A stretch of 64,000 nt of DNA, from positions 96,001 to 160,000 of IMG/VR virus record IMGVR_UViG_3300022843_000001. The stretch is one strand, 5' to 3'. Position 1 is the first letter of the stretch. Each line of letters begins with the position of its first letter. A model generated the notes under the pieces. It was not told the origin of the DNA. It worked only from the letters and a program-made list of their open reading frames with translations, and did no database searches. Below are positions 27,416 to 38,900 of the stretch, one piece after another. The position numbers and the translations under genes are program-made. Source of the stretch: a virus.

Positions 27416-29107
27416 TTACTGACCTGCTATTTCAGAGAATTCGACCCCCGTTCTAGTTGCAATAAAGTTCAATGTAATATAATTTATAGCTCGGGCAGGT
27501 TTGATATAAATATCAGCAACAAAGTTGTTGCTATCGATAACCTGACCCGTGTTATTAGTAGAATCACAAACAACTTTAAAGTCTGTTAAACCACGACGGC
27601 CTTTGATATCTCGTAAGAATGGTTCAACCATATTTCTGAATTGTGCGCGAGTAAACTCATCATTCAATTCAAAGAGTTGAAATTTAGATGCAGTTGCAAC
27701 AGCCTTCTCGAGGACGATAAACAGACGACGAACATTGATTCGATCAAACGCAGATGGGCGAGCCAACATAGTTTTATCACCGTAAAGAATAGTTCCTTCA
27801 CCTGGGAATGAAACGATAGGGTTAACGCGTGCCTTGTAAAGATCATCACGCTCCGCTTTTGTAGGATTATATGCAATCTTAACTGTGTTCAGAATCTGAC
27901 CACGATTAAATCCAGCAGGCGAGAACCATGCATCGGCAACACCATCTGTATAAGCACAAAGTCCTGCGGTATGTCCGTTAGCAGGAATCCAACGATAAAG
28001 ATCGTTGTATTTGTCGTAGATTTTAACAGCAGTAGAATCAGCAACAGAATATGAAGTAGATGCAAGTGCGTTAAAATATTCTAAAACGTTTGTAGCAGGA
28101 GTTGCAGCGTTAACTGTATCTGCGATTGGTGGTGATATAAAAGCAACACAATCCTTCCGGCCTTCAACCAAAGTAATTACTTTAGCGCCCAGGGTTGTTA
28201 CACCGTTAACGTCAACTGGAGCGATTAACAAGTTAATGTCAACAGTTTCAGCATCTGCAAACAGATCAAGTGCTATTGATAATTCACCAGCAGTAGCAGC
28301 AGAACCTTCAACACCACCATTAAGAGTAGTAACTTCGGTTGTACTTCCAGCAGTAAAATCAGTTATACTTGTAGTGCCAGCATCGACAGCAGTAGTGTGA
28401 TCAAGCCAGTAGATGTATTCTGATGTTGAAGCAATAACTTCAATATAGTAGTTAGAAGTACCATCAGTTTTCTTTGCATCAGAAGCAGCAGAAACATATG
28501 CGAATTTTTCTAAAACGTTTCCAGGTGTTCCTGAGATTGTACCCAATGTGTCTATAACGATAATGTGCATTTCATCAAGAGACCCACCACGAGCAACCGC
28601 GTAATCAGAAGAAGTAGGTTTAGAATCAAATTCTTTGTCGTATCGAGCAGCAGAACCTGTCCAAACTGCCCATGCGGCGTCTGACGCAGGACAAACTTCA
28701 ACTTTGATTCCGTTACCGATAGTTCCTGCAGCACGTGCGCCCCAGATACCAACAGAAGCTTCACCAGCCTTAAAATTGTCTTCGTAATGTGATAGATTTT
28801 TGATTAATAATCCAGTTCCAGAACCAGTTGCATTTACTTGTAATGCCTTTGCAGCACGAACAATTCTTAATGAATTTCCGTATTTTAGAAATGCTGCAGC
28901 TTGAAAGAATGGGGTGAAATTTGCGGTGGTTGGTTGACCGAACTTAGCAACCATATCTGTTTCTGATGAAACAGTAGTTACTTCGCCAATCGGGCCCGCC
29001 GAGAAGTCGCCAACCAAAGCACCTATCGATGTAGATACTGCGGGTACGACATTCGTTAAGTCAATTTCCTTGACTTGAACGCCTGCTGATACTTGAAATG
29101 CTGACAT
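27416..29107 (-). CDS. g18: Tail sheath protein gp18
   Basis: SAGVQVKEIDLT, WFSPAGFNRG, DRINVRRLF; late promoter at 29167-29174. Confidence 0.97.
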   Translation of the reverse strand: MSAFQVSAGVQVKEIDLTNVVPAVSTSIGALVGDFSAGPIGEVTTVSSETDMVAKFGQPTTANFTPFFQAAAFLKYGNSLRIVRAAKALQVNATGSGTGLLIKNLSHYEDNFKAGEASVGIWGARAAGTIGNGIKVEVCPASDAAWAVWTGSAARYDKEFDSKPTSSDYAVARGGSLDEMHIIVIDTLGTISGTPGNVLEKFAYVSAASDAKKTDGTSNYYIEVIASTSEYIYWLDHTTAVDAGTTSITDFTAGSTTEVTTLNGGVEGSAATAGELSIALDLFADAETVDINLLIAPVDVNGVTTLGAKVITLVEGRKDCVAFISPPIADTVNAATPATNVLEYFNALASTSYSVADSTAVKIYDKYNDLYRWIPANGHTAGLCAYTDGVADAWFSPAGFNRGQILNTVKIAYNPTKAERDDLYKARVNPIVSFPGEGTILYGDKTMLARPSAFDRINVRRLFIVLEKAVATASKFQLFELNDEFTRAQFRNMVEPFLRDIKGRRGLTDFKVVCDSTNNTGQVIDSNNFVADIYIKPARAINYITLNFIATRTGVEFSEIAGQ

Positions 29108-29169
29108 GTTTTTATCCTTTGTTAAAATAATAAGAAATCATAATAAGGTTGTATTCAATTTACATATAT

Positions 29170-29865
29170 TTATATCAAATGGTATCTGCGAATCTTTGAT
29201 TTAGATATTCCAGTGAGACGCCAAGCCTCAGATATAGAACTATACAGCTTATTGTCTATTGATACTTCTTTAGATTGTGTTTGTATATAGCCGTTCTCAT
29301 ATAACATTTTTAAACTCTTTGACATTTGATCTCTAACACGAATATCACTCATGGCTTTAATCTTTTTGTCGACAGTTTCGCTACTCTGTTTTACCCCCAT
29401 CTTGCTTTTTGATATCTTGCTTTTTGTTTCTTCAGATTTCCTTTTTCCGGTATTAGCAATCTTCAGCTTGAGTTTAAATGATTCAGATTTAGGCTTTCTT
29501 GCACCTTCTAATGCTGATTTCTCACTGATAGCAAAATTATCCGTTTTATTGAGGAATTTTAAATTTTCAACGACTCTCATTCGTTTTAAAACTACATTTT
29601 CCCATGCTATAGCATTTGAACTATTATCAAAGATTCTTCTTATATTGATAATGTCAGGTTCGCCATATTCCATTCTGAATGATTTGACGTGCTTAGAAGA
29701 AGTAAAGTAAGATACCCATAAATCATCGGGGGTACAGTTTTTGGCATATCTTACCCCATAATAATATTTGGCATATTTCGACCATCCTATAACATAAGTA
29801 TAAGGTTTATAACTAATGGTAGACATGATAGCTAATACCTCATTTGAGTTTATAGTAAGATTCAT
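29170..29865 (-). mobile_element. GIY-YIG (Seg-like) homing endonuclease with NUMOD3-like repeats
   Basis: YTYVIGW...YYYGVR...YFTSS, SEETKSKISKSKMG; late promoter at 29893-29900. Confidence 0.8.
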
Positions 29866-29904
29866 AATACGATTATCTTCAATTTACCATTATATTTATA
29901 ATAA

Positions 29905-31527
29905 TTACCAACTTGAAGATTTCATCGTTGTTGAATCGTCTATACCATATCCTCCGTCATCGATTCCGTCATCAACAAACCCAAAAGGTATAACATCATT
30001 TTCTATCATCTTCATATTTTCCGCGTGAATCATATCTCTAAGATTTATATCTGTAATCGATTGAAAGAATGGAGTTGAAGCAAACCAACCAAATAATACA
30101 AGATTCATTACTAAATCGTCGTGATGGCCGTTGGTTGCTTCATAAGAAGAACCTCTTGCTTCAAACGTGGACATTTCTATTATTGTATTTTCATCGCAAA
30201 TCTCTAGTTTATTTTCTTCTATCAGATCTTTGAAGTTGGAACAGCCGATTCTTTTTATCTTCTTGGTCATTTTTACACCAAGTGCATCCGCTTTTACTGC
30301 AGATTCCATATAAACATTTTCGTATTCTAGCTCGTAATATAATCCATTACATACCAGCGTGCCTTGATCGTTGCTTTCAATTACAGCGTACGCTTCGTTA
30401 TAAGTTTTGCAATATTTATAGATCACATCTGGAAACAATAACGGGGAAATCATATTATCTCTGAACACGCAAACCTGCTTCATAGGTCGCGAAGTTATGT
30501 CTATGATTATAAAAGTTGAATAATCCTGTCCTCTACCATGAGCAACATCTACAAAACACATATATTCATGATCGATTTCTGGTTTATAATATACGCTAGC
30601 ATTACCTTGAGTATAAACAGGTTCTGTCTTTCTAAGACTAAGTAATTTGTTGCCATCAATAAGAGTAAGGCCATAACCAATGAACTCGTTACCAAACTCT
30701 TGTCTAAATTGAAGTGCACTAGTATTTTGAATTGTTTCTTGCTTCCACGCCTCGTCTCTACCTGGGACGTCCCACCAATCAACTCGAAAATTGTTATATG
30801 AATTTACTTCCTGAACTGACCCTTCCCATAACTTGTGGAATGAATTGCCAAGACCGTTTGCGGTTGAGGTAATAATAACTCTAGAAGTTTTTCCCGAGGT
30901 TATTACAGGGTAGGTTGAAGTGTAGAATTGAACATCATTTTCAACAAAGGCAAACTCGTCAAGATACAAAAGCGAAATAGATAAACCACGAATAGAACTT
31001 CCACTTGTAGCGGCGGCAACTATACGAGAATTATTATCGAATTCAATTGAACCTTTGTTTAACGCTTTACACCCAGGTTGTAAAAAGAAAGGTACATTTT
31101 CTAACATTAGAGTAATACGAGAAAGCATCTCTCTCGAAGTAGCACCTTTGTTTGCCAATATAGCAACTACCTTTGTTGCATGGAACAAAACATACCAAAG
31201 CAAATACGCGCAAGACGAAATGGACTTACCTGACTGTCTACATGCCAGAACAATGGAAAATCTGTTTGAATTAAAATGATCAAACATATCTTCTTGGTAA
31301 TCATATAAATCGAAATCGACGAGACCTCTATCTAGATGAATTACTTTAAGATAGTTTCGTGCAAAATATGCAGGGTCTGCCATACATTTCTTGTATTCAA
31401 CAACCTGATGCTCTGTAAACTGTGTTACAACCCCTGCGCGCTTTACCTGTGAGTTGCCAAGATATGTTTGTTCAGACGCTGGTGTTACTTGGGTCTTTTG
31501 GTTTATGCTCAAGAGCTTCTCCATCAT
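29905..31527 (-). CDS. g17: Terminase large subunit gp17 (T4 type)
   Basis: CRQSGKS, LDEFAF, FRQEFG, DVAHGRGQD, HDDLVM. Confidence 0.97.
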   Translation of the reverse strand: MMEKLLSINQKTQVTPASEQTYLGNSQVKRAGVVTQFTEHQVVEYKKCMADPAYFARNYLKVIHLDRGLVDFDLYDYQEDMFDHFNSNRFSIVLACRQSGKSISSCAYLLWYVLFHATKVVAILANKGATSREMLSRITLMLENVPFFLQPGCKALNKGSIEFDNNSRIVAAATSGSSIRGLSISLLYLDEFAFVENDVQFYTSTYPVITSGKTSRVIITSTANGLGNSFHKLWEGSVQEVNSYNNFRVDWWDVPGRDEAWKQETIQNTSALQFRQEFGNEFIGYGLTLIDGNKLLSLRKTEPVYTQGNASVYYKPEIDHEYMCFVDVAHGRGQDYSTFIIIDITSRPMKQVCVFRDNMISPLLFPDVIYKYCKTYNEAYAVIESNDQGTLVCNGLYYELEYENVYMESAVKADALGVKMTKKIKRIGCSNFKDLIEENKLEICDENTIIEMSTFEARGSSYEATNGHHDDLVMNLVLFGWFASTPFFQSITDINLRDMIHAENMKMIENDVIPFGFVDDGIDDGGYGIDDSTTMKSSSW

Positions 31528-31852
31528 TAATTTGTTTTAACGCCTGTTGTAAATCCGCGGTGCTGCCAATAAACAAATTATTTGTTGTGGTGCCGTTCGG
31601 TGCATCCAAGCCAGGCTGTGAAACTTTTGTATCTATGTCTTTCTTCTTCTTTTGCAGTTCAATTAATTTTTCCGCCACTTCTGAATTTTGCTTCATAAGT
31701 GTACCCAACACTTCAAACGCTCGAGGGTGTTCAAGATTTTTCGCAAGTTCCATCATTAGATCAATTGCTTCTGCACCTTTTTCTGCTAATTCATAATATT
31801 GCTTTCGGGCAAATTCATAATCATCACGTAAATCTTTTTCATCAATAGCCAT
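31472..31852 (-). CDS. g16: Terminase small subunit gp16
   Basis: DDYEFAR, HPRAFEV, NNLFIGSTADLQ. Confidence 0.93.
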   Translation of the reverse strand: MAIDEKDLRDDYEFARKQYYELAEKGAEAIDLMMELAKNLEHPRAFEVLGTLMKQNSEVAEKLIELQKKKKDIDTKVSQPGLDAPNGTTTNNLFIGSTADLQQALKQINDGEALEHKPKDPSNTSV

Positions 31853-31858
31853 TATTTA

Positions 31859-32836
31859 TTACCAATTTTCAGTTACACTTGTTAGCACATCGGTAACAAC
31901 GGTGTTTTGGATTGTTATAGTTTCTCCTGCCACGAAAAGTTCACTTGGAGAAGAAACCAGCAAAGTATTACTATTTATTTGTGTTATTTGACCCACACTT
32001 GCAGTTGTGGTCCCAACAATAATATCACCTACATTAAACAAAGAAACAGTGCTAACTGCAAGTGAGATTGTTTCTGGTACATTACCAAGGTTGGTCTTAA
32101 CGTTTACAGTATGTTCTTCATCAGGTCCGGTAAGAAAAGGGTTTAACATAACGATTTGTTTTTCAAATACCTGATTTGAGGTTGAATCGATAAAGTCCGT
32201 TACGGTCTTTCGGATAACTGCGCCGTTACTAACTTCTCCATAAAATCTTACCCTTGTCTCGAAGTCGAGAGTATACACAATAGTTCGTCTGGTATTGAAA
32301 TCACCTTCATAATCGTCGGCTATTCCTACTCCATTCAATACAAATGGCATATCAGTTTTTATGCTGTCGTTAACCTGTTTAACCGTGACCGTATAGTCTG
32401 GTTGAAAAAACGGCAAAATCTGTTCGATGATTTGTAAAGCATCGTCTTGATTCTTGGACATTATATTTAATTGAATTCCCATTCTATAACCAACAGGTCC
32501 CAGTATTCTTTTCTTGGTGTATGTTGAAGAAGATGTATTTGTCAGAGTCTGTTTGGTCCCTTTCTGCATTTTGGTGTTTGGGTCATAACTTAAGCTAGTC
32601 AACTCAAAAGACATGCGAGGCAATTTGATCGCAATTTTAGGATCGTTTAAATCCGCCTGTTGATCAATTCGAGCAAGAAACTTCTTTTTAGGTCCGTACG
32701 ATAAAGGTACTTTTGTTATATTTTTAACTGTGCCTGCGTTGTCAGTTCGTAGTATAGTAATGTCATTGAATAAAGTACCGAACACCGCTACTGATCTTCT
32801 TATAGTCTCATGATAAAAATGTATTCCGTTAAACAT
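31859..32836 (-). CDS. g15: Tail terminator/sheath stabiliser gp15
   Basis: FYHETIRR, FGTLFNDI, LPRMSFE, EQILPFFQP. Confidence 0.95.
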   Translation of the reverse strand: MFNGIHFYHETIRRSVAVFGTLFNDITILRTDNAGTVKNITKVPLSYGPKKKFLARIDQQADLNDPKIAIKLPRMSFELTSLSYDPNTKMQKGTKQTLTNTSSSTYTKKRILGPVGYRMGIQLNIMSKNQDDALQIIEQILPFFQPDYTVTVKQVNDSIKTDMPFVLNGVGIADDYEGDFNTRRTIVYTLDFETRVRFYGEVSNGAVIRKTVTDFIDSTSNQVFEKQIVMLNPFLTGPDEEHTVNVKTNLGNVPETISLAVSTVSLFNVGDIIVGTTTASVGQITQINSNTLLVSSPSELFVAGETITIQNTVVTDVLTSVTENW

Positions 32837-33756
32837 TATAAAGTACCTTCAGAGAATGGATTGCTTTCTGTAAAATCAATTATTTCATTGGCCTCAGTTT
32901 CAAAGTCGAAGTTTTGTGAGTCCTCTGTATTTGGAAAAACACTACCAACTGTAGAAGTAGAAATATCAAACACTTCTGTTATGTTGGCCGTTGCGCCAGA
33001 TACTGAACCTAAAATCATATTTGCGTTGACTTCTCCAGTTATGAATGAATGAAAGAGACCATCATTTGTTTCAATGTCTATTACTTGCATAACCGCTTCT
33101 GGATGATTGATATTGACTACTTCTGCTTTTATGTTAATAAGAGGTTCGTCTTGAATAATCTGTGTTATAGTTTCGCCTTGTATGAATGTACCGGTAATCA
33201 GACCTAATTGGAATCTAGTAGTATAAGCATTAACTTCGATTGCATCTATTTCTGCTACACCGGTATTAAAGTCTTCATCATTCATTTCGAATAGTCGTGC
33301 CTGCATCTTATATACAGGAAGATTCGATAGTTGATAAAAAGGCATTTCATGTTCAACAAACGATATCTCGAAGAAACTGTTAGACATAGGCAAATAAATA
33401 AGGTCGCCTTCATTAGGTCTATTTTGAAATTCATCATTTTCAAAAGATCCAACCATCTGTTCCCATCTACGTTTAGCAACTATAAAGGTCGCTTCGTCTC
33501 TAATTTCAAGGCCAAATTTAGACATAAGATTGCCTTCACCTTCAAAGCCTTCGTTGCCTTCGATATAAACTTCGATCATGTATGCATCATCGAATTGAGA
33601 CTCTACATCTTCATTTAATATAGAATCTCGGGTAACAATATTACGAGGAAGGTAGTAAATATCTTGTCCAGCCCACTTAACAGATTCGATGATTAAATCC
33701 TCAAAAAGAATCTGTTCAGAACGAACCTTGGTTGATAAGTATAAATTAGTTGGCAT
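32836..33756 (-). CDS. g14: Neck protein gp14
   Basis: EQILFEDLIIES, SKFGLEI, RPNEGDLIY, FFEISFVEHE. Confidence 0.95.
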   Translation of the reverse strand: MPTNLYLSTKVRSEQILFEDLIIESVKWAGQDIYYLPRNIVTRDSILNEDVESQFDDAYMIEVYIEGNEGFEGEGNLMSKFGLEIRDEATFIVAKRRWEQMVGSFENDEFQNRPNEGDLIYLPMSNSFFEISFVEHEMPFYQLSNLPVYKMQARLFEMNDEDFNTGVAEIDAIEVNAYTTRFQLGLITGTFIQGETITQIIQDEPLINIKAEVVNINHPEAVMQVIDIETNDGLFHSFITGEVNANMILGSVSGATANITEVFDISTSTVGSVFPNTEDSQNFDFETEANEIIDFTESNPFSEGTL

Positions 33757-33800
33757 TTGAACCTGCTTTGTATTTAGTTGTGGTTTCTATAAAGTATGTG

Positions 33801-34556
33801 TTAACCAATGAAAAAATCTAAAGGAGCCTCCCAGTTAATTTGCATATCAGTTTCTAGTTTTTCAACCTCAGCATTCGCTTCTTCCCACATTATCTGTCCG
33901 TTCATAGTAACACCACCTGGGAGAAGCATGCCTTCAAATTTCTTCAAATTTGTTCCCCATTGGCGCTTAATTAATGCTGTTATGTAACGTTTCAGAAACA
34001 TATCATTATAGACTGAAACGTAAGTTTCTGGGTTAATTATAACAGATGCATCTAATATGATCCAATCATTTTCCTTTATGTCAGTACCCCACTGAATGTA
34101 AAGGTGTAACTTATTCTGGTGACGACTAAATCGTACTTGACTTGAAGTATTGAACATATCACGAGCTTGAGTTAATTGCCCTTGCATTTGAGAATAATAT
34201 GCCATGCCTTGAAATCCACCCGATCTTAAATCGTAGACGTCATTATACGCCATTTGATAATCGATATTAAAGATGCCGCCGCCGCTTCCAGCGCCAGATG
34301 TGTTGAGTGGAACAATTCTAGTAATAACTGATATGTCTGAAGGCAGGGTTACAAATTCATTAGAGATGTCTGCCGCGGTAATTTGTATTTTGTAGTATGA
34401 ATTTAAAATAGCGTCTGAATGATACATCTGATAAAATTCAATACCTTCGTCTACTCGGTCAGAAACTTGATCATCATCTACATTGATCTCAAGCACTGGC
34501 GCGCCTAATTGTCTTAGACAATAATCAATAAGCTCGTTTCGTGTTGTGACTACCAT
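33801..34556 (-). CDS. g13: Neck protein gp13
   Basis: YCLRQLGAPVLEINV, KRQWGTNLKKF, PGGVTMNG. Confidence 0.96.
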   Translation of the reverse strand: MVVTTRNELIDYCLRQLGAPVLEINVDDDQVSDRVDEGIEFYQMYHSDAILNSYYKIQITAADISNEFVTLPSDISVITRIVPLNTSGAGSGGGIFNIDYQMAYNDVYDLRSGGFQGMAYYSQMQGQLTQARDMFNTSSQVRFSRHQNKLHLYIQWGTDIKENDWIILDASVIINPETYVSVYNDMFLKRYITALIKRQWGTNLKKFEGMLLPGGVTMNGQIMWEEANAEVEKLETDMQINWEAPLDFFIG

Positions 34557-34584
34557 TTCAGTACCTGTATATTTCTGTTTATGT

Positions 34585-34592
34585 TATTTATA
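34585..34592 (-). promoter_or_regulatory. T4 late promoter for g13 (last clear T4-type signal in the window)
   Basis: TATAAATA on minus, 29 nt upstream of the g13 ATG. Confidence 0.8.
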
Positions 34593-34600
34593 ACTTTATA

Positions 34601-35122
34601 TTATTTAATATACCAAACAAGTTGAAGGCCTAATCCGTCATAACCGTTACGGTCTTTTCCTAACACGCAACTATGATGAGTCAACTGTCCGTTGATTGCA
34701 ATAGCTTTATTACTTGACAACCAAAAATTTTGATTAATGCCTAGGTTTGATGTACCGTGTTCATCTGTGCTTCCTGAGACGCACTGAGGAGATATCTTTT
34801 TAGTATAATCAATTCCAATAAAAACATATGTATGGTTAAAATACGTTCCATTATCAAATATACTATCGGCGTGTGCAGGTTTAATAATTGAGGAAAGAAT
34901 CCATAGTACTCCAGCAATTATTATAATAGTACCGATACCCAATGCGGCTGATGCCACGGCTCCTTTTCCTTCATTTGCCCGCCATGAAGCAAATGAAGCC
35001 TTTTTTATAATAAAAATGTAAACGCTATATGCAATAACTAAAAGCAGTATAAGTGCTAAAAATGATAATGCCTGGGTCATAAAAGAAATCATAATCTTAA
35101 GTCCTTTGTTATAATAGATCAA
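34601..35122 (-). CDS. Hypothetical membrane protein
   Basis: Two N-terminal hydrophobic helices, then a beta-rich domain. Confidence 0.65.
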   Translation of the reverse strand: MIYYNKGLKIMISFMTQALSFLALILLLVIAYSVYIFIIKKASFASWRANEGKGAVASAALGIGTIIIIAGVLWILSSIIKPAHADSIFDNGTYFNHTYVFIGIDYTKKISPQCVSGSTDEHGTSNLGINQNFWLSSNKAIAINGQLTHHSCVLGKDRNGYDGLGLQLVWYIK

Positions 35123-35474
35123 GCAATTCTTGCTCGGTTGTTGTGGAATCTATATCAATTTGCATTTTGTCGTCATTGTCTCGAATAACTTTTCTATCGG
35201 ATTCTGCTTGTGTTGCGTCTTGGCTCGGTATCTGCTTCATTATGATTGCATCATGTGGTGCAAAGTCCTTCTCTCGTTTTGCTCTGCGTAACTCATGTGC
35301 AACCTCCTTCGCTAAAGGTAAATCAGTTACCACCGCGTCACCTACAATTCTCCACGCACCACGAAAGACCTTATCAGGGACTGACACAACTTCAAGCCAT
35401 GTTGCACCTTCAGGTATTGAGGACTGCTTTGAGCAAATCGCAACGGTGTTATCTTCTTGTTGATATGCGTACAT
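35109..35474 (-). CDS. Putative tail-fibre-associated/assembly protein
   Basis: FRGAWR and HELRRAKREKDFAPHD pattern common just downstream of marine phage fibres. Confidence 0.55.
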   Translation of the reverse strand: MYAYQQEDNTVAICSKQSSIPEGATWLEVVSVPDKVFRGAWRIVGDAVVTDLPLAKEVAHELRRAKREKDFAPHDAIIMKQIPSQDATQAESDRKVIRDNDDKMQIDIDSTTTEQELLDLL

Positions 35475-35941
35475 TAATGCTTCCTCAAATAGTTAATAGC
35501 CTTCTCAAGAAGCCCTATATCATCTTTAAAATGGCCTAAAGCAAAGTTACAGCTTATACATAACAAGCCTCTAACCTCACCTGTTATGTGGTCATGGTCT
35601 ACGTTTAAGCTCTTAGTGCAGTCATCTTCATGTACATTACATATTAAACATGAGTAATCCTGACTTACCAGCATACTCGTATAGTCATCGTAGGTTATGC
35701 CATAGTTTTTCTTTAACCTAGTATTGGCTACTTGCCTTGGGTTAGCTTTATACCATGCCTTAGCCCTGCTGCTGACCTTATCTTTTCTACTGTCGTCATA
35801 GGCGATATACTGATAGTTGCGACAAGGAATGCATATATTCCTATATCCATGCTTTGATCCCTTATTAATAACAAAGCCTTTAAGATCTTCCGCAGTATGA
35901 GCCGACTTATCACAAGAAGGGCAGGTTCTTAGTGCTTCCAT
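35474..35941 (-). mobile_element. Endonuclease VII-like HNH endonuclease
   Basis: LNVDHDHITGEVRGLLCISCN; start moved to ATG 35941 behind a GGAGG SD and next to the fibre stop. Confidence 0.82.
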
Positions 35942-35942
35942 A

Positions 35943-38900
35943 TTATTCTTTACCTCCGAAAATGTTAAGGCATAACTGAAAAGGATCGCTAGGAGAAAAA
36001 CCACTATTCCAGTGATTTAAAATAATAGACCTAGTTTCTGGACTTTGTGTACCTGTAACAGAGGGTGAGTTATTGTCTTCCAACCTATTCGCCTCACAGG
36101 AGTAAGAGTAAGTAGCAGTAAAAGGTACTTCGAAGATAACTTGGTATTTCCCAGTTCCCAAATCAACAACATCAGACACATTATAACTAGCGAGAATCAA
36201 CGGTGGATTCTGAGTACCATCAAAGTTGACCCAAGCGGTTGCAACACCAGTGTTCTTAATCTCACCATGAACTGTCAAGTCACCATGCGCTTCAACATTA
36301 TTAAACCGTTGCTTGGCAACAGGCATATTGACGAGTGTAGAGTTGATTACATCACCTTCGCTGTCAGTTCTAAACTCAGCTAAGTATGTCCGTTCAATAG
36401 CGGTGTCACTAGAGTTGTACATTCTACCAGCGTCGATTAAGTAGTAGTCTGACGGGAGGATTGTGTTAAATTCTAGTTCTGCTATTCCAGTGTATGTAGC
36501 GGCTCCATTATTAGCGGTGTTGTTAATTCTGTGGTAAATATACGCAGTGGTGTTACCTGCAGTAGTGTATAGATCGCCCCACAACTTTACCCCATTTCCA
36601 GAGTAATCGGACGAGGTGAAAGTAGAATCAATAGCTGTCCAAGTAAATCCGTCATTAGAGCCTTCAATAGTAAACCTTTTAGGTAATCTAGTATTGTCTG
36701 CAGGAGCACGTAATCTCCATGATTTAAGCACCCTAGCTTCAGTACCTTTATACTGAAGTTGCGAGTTTGTTGTAGACGTGCCTAACCATAGGTCCGAACT
36801 GCCAACAACTTGATCATTAGCGTTTTTATTAAACGCATTCCAAGCTGGGTACAGACTAACACTAGCGCTGGCAGCACCCGTAGAACTCTCGTAACCAAAG
36901 TGCCTAGCGGTAGTTCTCAATGATGCATCTAACGGACTAACAACACCCCATTTATCAGCGTCATTACGAGTAATACCTTCTAGTGGTCTGTTCTCAGTTA
37001 CACCATACGAACCACCTAAGTCTTTATAGATGTAGTAGTGCTTGCTCTCATGTCCAGCACCTAATGCATACGTTACACCAGAACCTACGTTCTCTTTGCT
37101 GTCCACTTGACCATTCGCATCAAAACCTTGAGCAAATGATATGAGTGTATTCTGAGCGATTGAGAGAGTATCTGCCGTAGTTGGGTAGGTGTAGTCACTG
37201 TTGGTATACGTGTTTGTACCAGCACCTCCTGTTGATGACTCTGCATAAGCCATGAAGAGGTATTCATCGTTTAGGTCGTTACCATTACCATTATCATCTC
37301 CAATATAAAATCCATTATCATCTAATCTAGTTCTAGTAGTTTGTGACACTTGCGCTCCTGAGTTTTCTAAACGCAAATAATTATCTAGTATCTGAGAATC
37401 TACTGTTTCCCAGCTACCAATATTAGTTAAATTTTTAACCATTACAAAAGCAGGTTTAAAACCACAGTCTACATAATTACCAGCAGCACCAGTGCCAATG
37501 TACTTGCCTATTTTTGATACGTTGGGGACTGATGTGAAGTGGTAGGATACATAATTTTTATCAGCTTGATTACTGGCTAAATTTGAACCAATGCTTACAG
37601 TCAATTCGTTTACAAGATAGTTTACAGCGGCAATGTTGATAACAGTACCCGTTGTATTAAGGATTATGGTGTTGTGAGAATCACCTAAAAGTTTACTCTG
37701 CACTAACCAATCAAACCCTGTGTCTCGTCCTTTAGTAATAGTTAAATCAGGCTCAACACCTAAATGATGAGGTATTTCATGTCCTGCTGCACCATCACCT
37801 TCGTAACCAACAATACTGAAACCAAGGTCGGGGTTGTAGTGTGATGTATACGCTTTGTTGCGGTTAGTTGTACCAGTAACTTTCTTAGTTGTCTGCCATG
37901 ACCATGAAGCGTAAGTTTCTGCGTTCCCATTTATTACATCTGACGTTCCCACTGTAAAACCAGTGGGGGTGAAACTTTGGTGGGTTGTTGCAACAGTACC
38001 TTCTTCGTCGGTTGTATCACTTCGCAATCTAACTGAGTTACCCCTAATTGTGTCAAATAGGTGATGACTATCAGCACTACGACTTTTAGCCCAAACAAGC
38101 CCACCAAAGTCACCAGTGGACATATCAAGACCAGTGTTAATAGCTCGACCATCTGCACCATCACCTGTGTATATTGCAGCACTAAAACCTGATCTTTCTG
38201 ATTTGCCTTGAGTTACTGCTTCTTGGTTCAAAGTTGAATTACGAGCAATAGTATTAGATACAGCAGTATCTTTATCATCAATTTGTGTCTGAGTATAACC
38301 ACTAACTATGTCTCCCCATAAAGAACCTGAGTAAGCTTGCATTTTATTACTAACACTATTGAAATATAGTGCTCCTATAACTAAAGCGTCACCATCATTA
38401 TCTAATGTAGGATCTGAAGATTTTGCTCCTAAATACCTATCATCAAAGTTATCGTAAGCCAATTCTGCAGCATCTCTAGCATTTTCTGCTAATGATCGTT
38501 CATAAGTTGCTGTTACTACATCAGCATTAGTAGCTACTACATCAGCATTAGTAGCTGATAAGTCTAAAGCAGTATCGATTGTGTCTTGATGTGTAAGTAC
38601 GAGATAAGCAGCTACAGCTATTCGATCTAAACCTGTCTGCACTTTGTCTGCTTCTGATAATATAACGTTGTTATTAGTTGTTACAACATCATTGTTAGTT
38701 GCCACAACATCAGCAGCAGTATCAATAGTATCTTGGTTAGTACTTACTAAGTCATTTGCAACAGCTGTTCTGTCTAAACCTGTCTGGTTTTTATCTGCTT
38801 CAACAAGTATGACGTTATTATTAGTAGTAACAACATCAGCTGCTGTATCTATCGTATCTTGGTTTGTTTCAACTAAGTCAGAAGCCGTATCGATTGTGTC

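Noticed and set aside
34556-36000. Prophage or integrase-mediated insertion explaining the junction
   Set aside because: No integrase, att-like direct repeat or host gene is visible anywhere in the window
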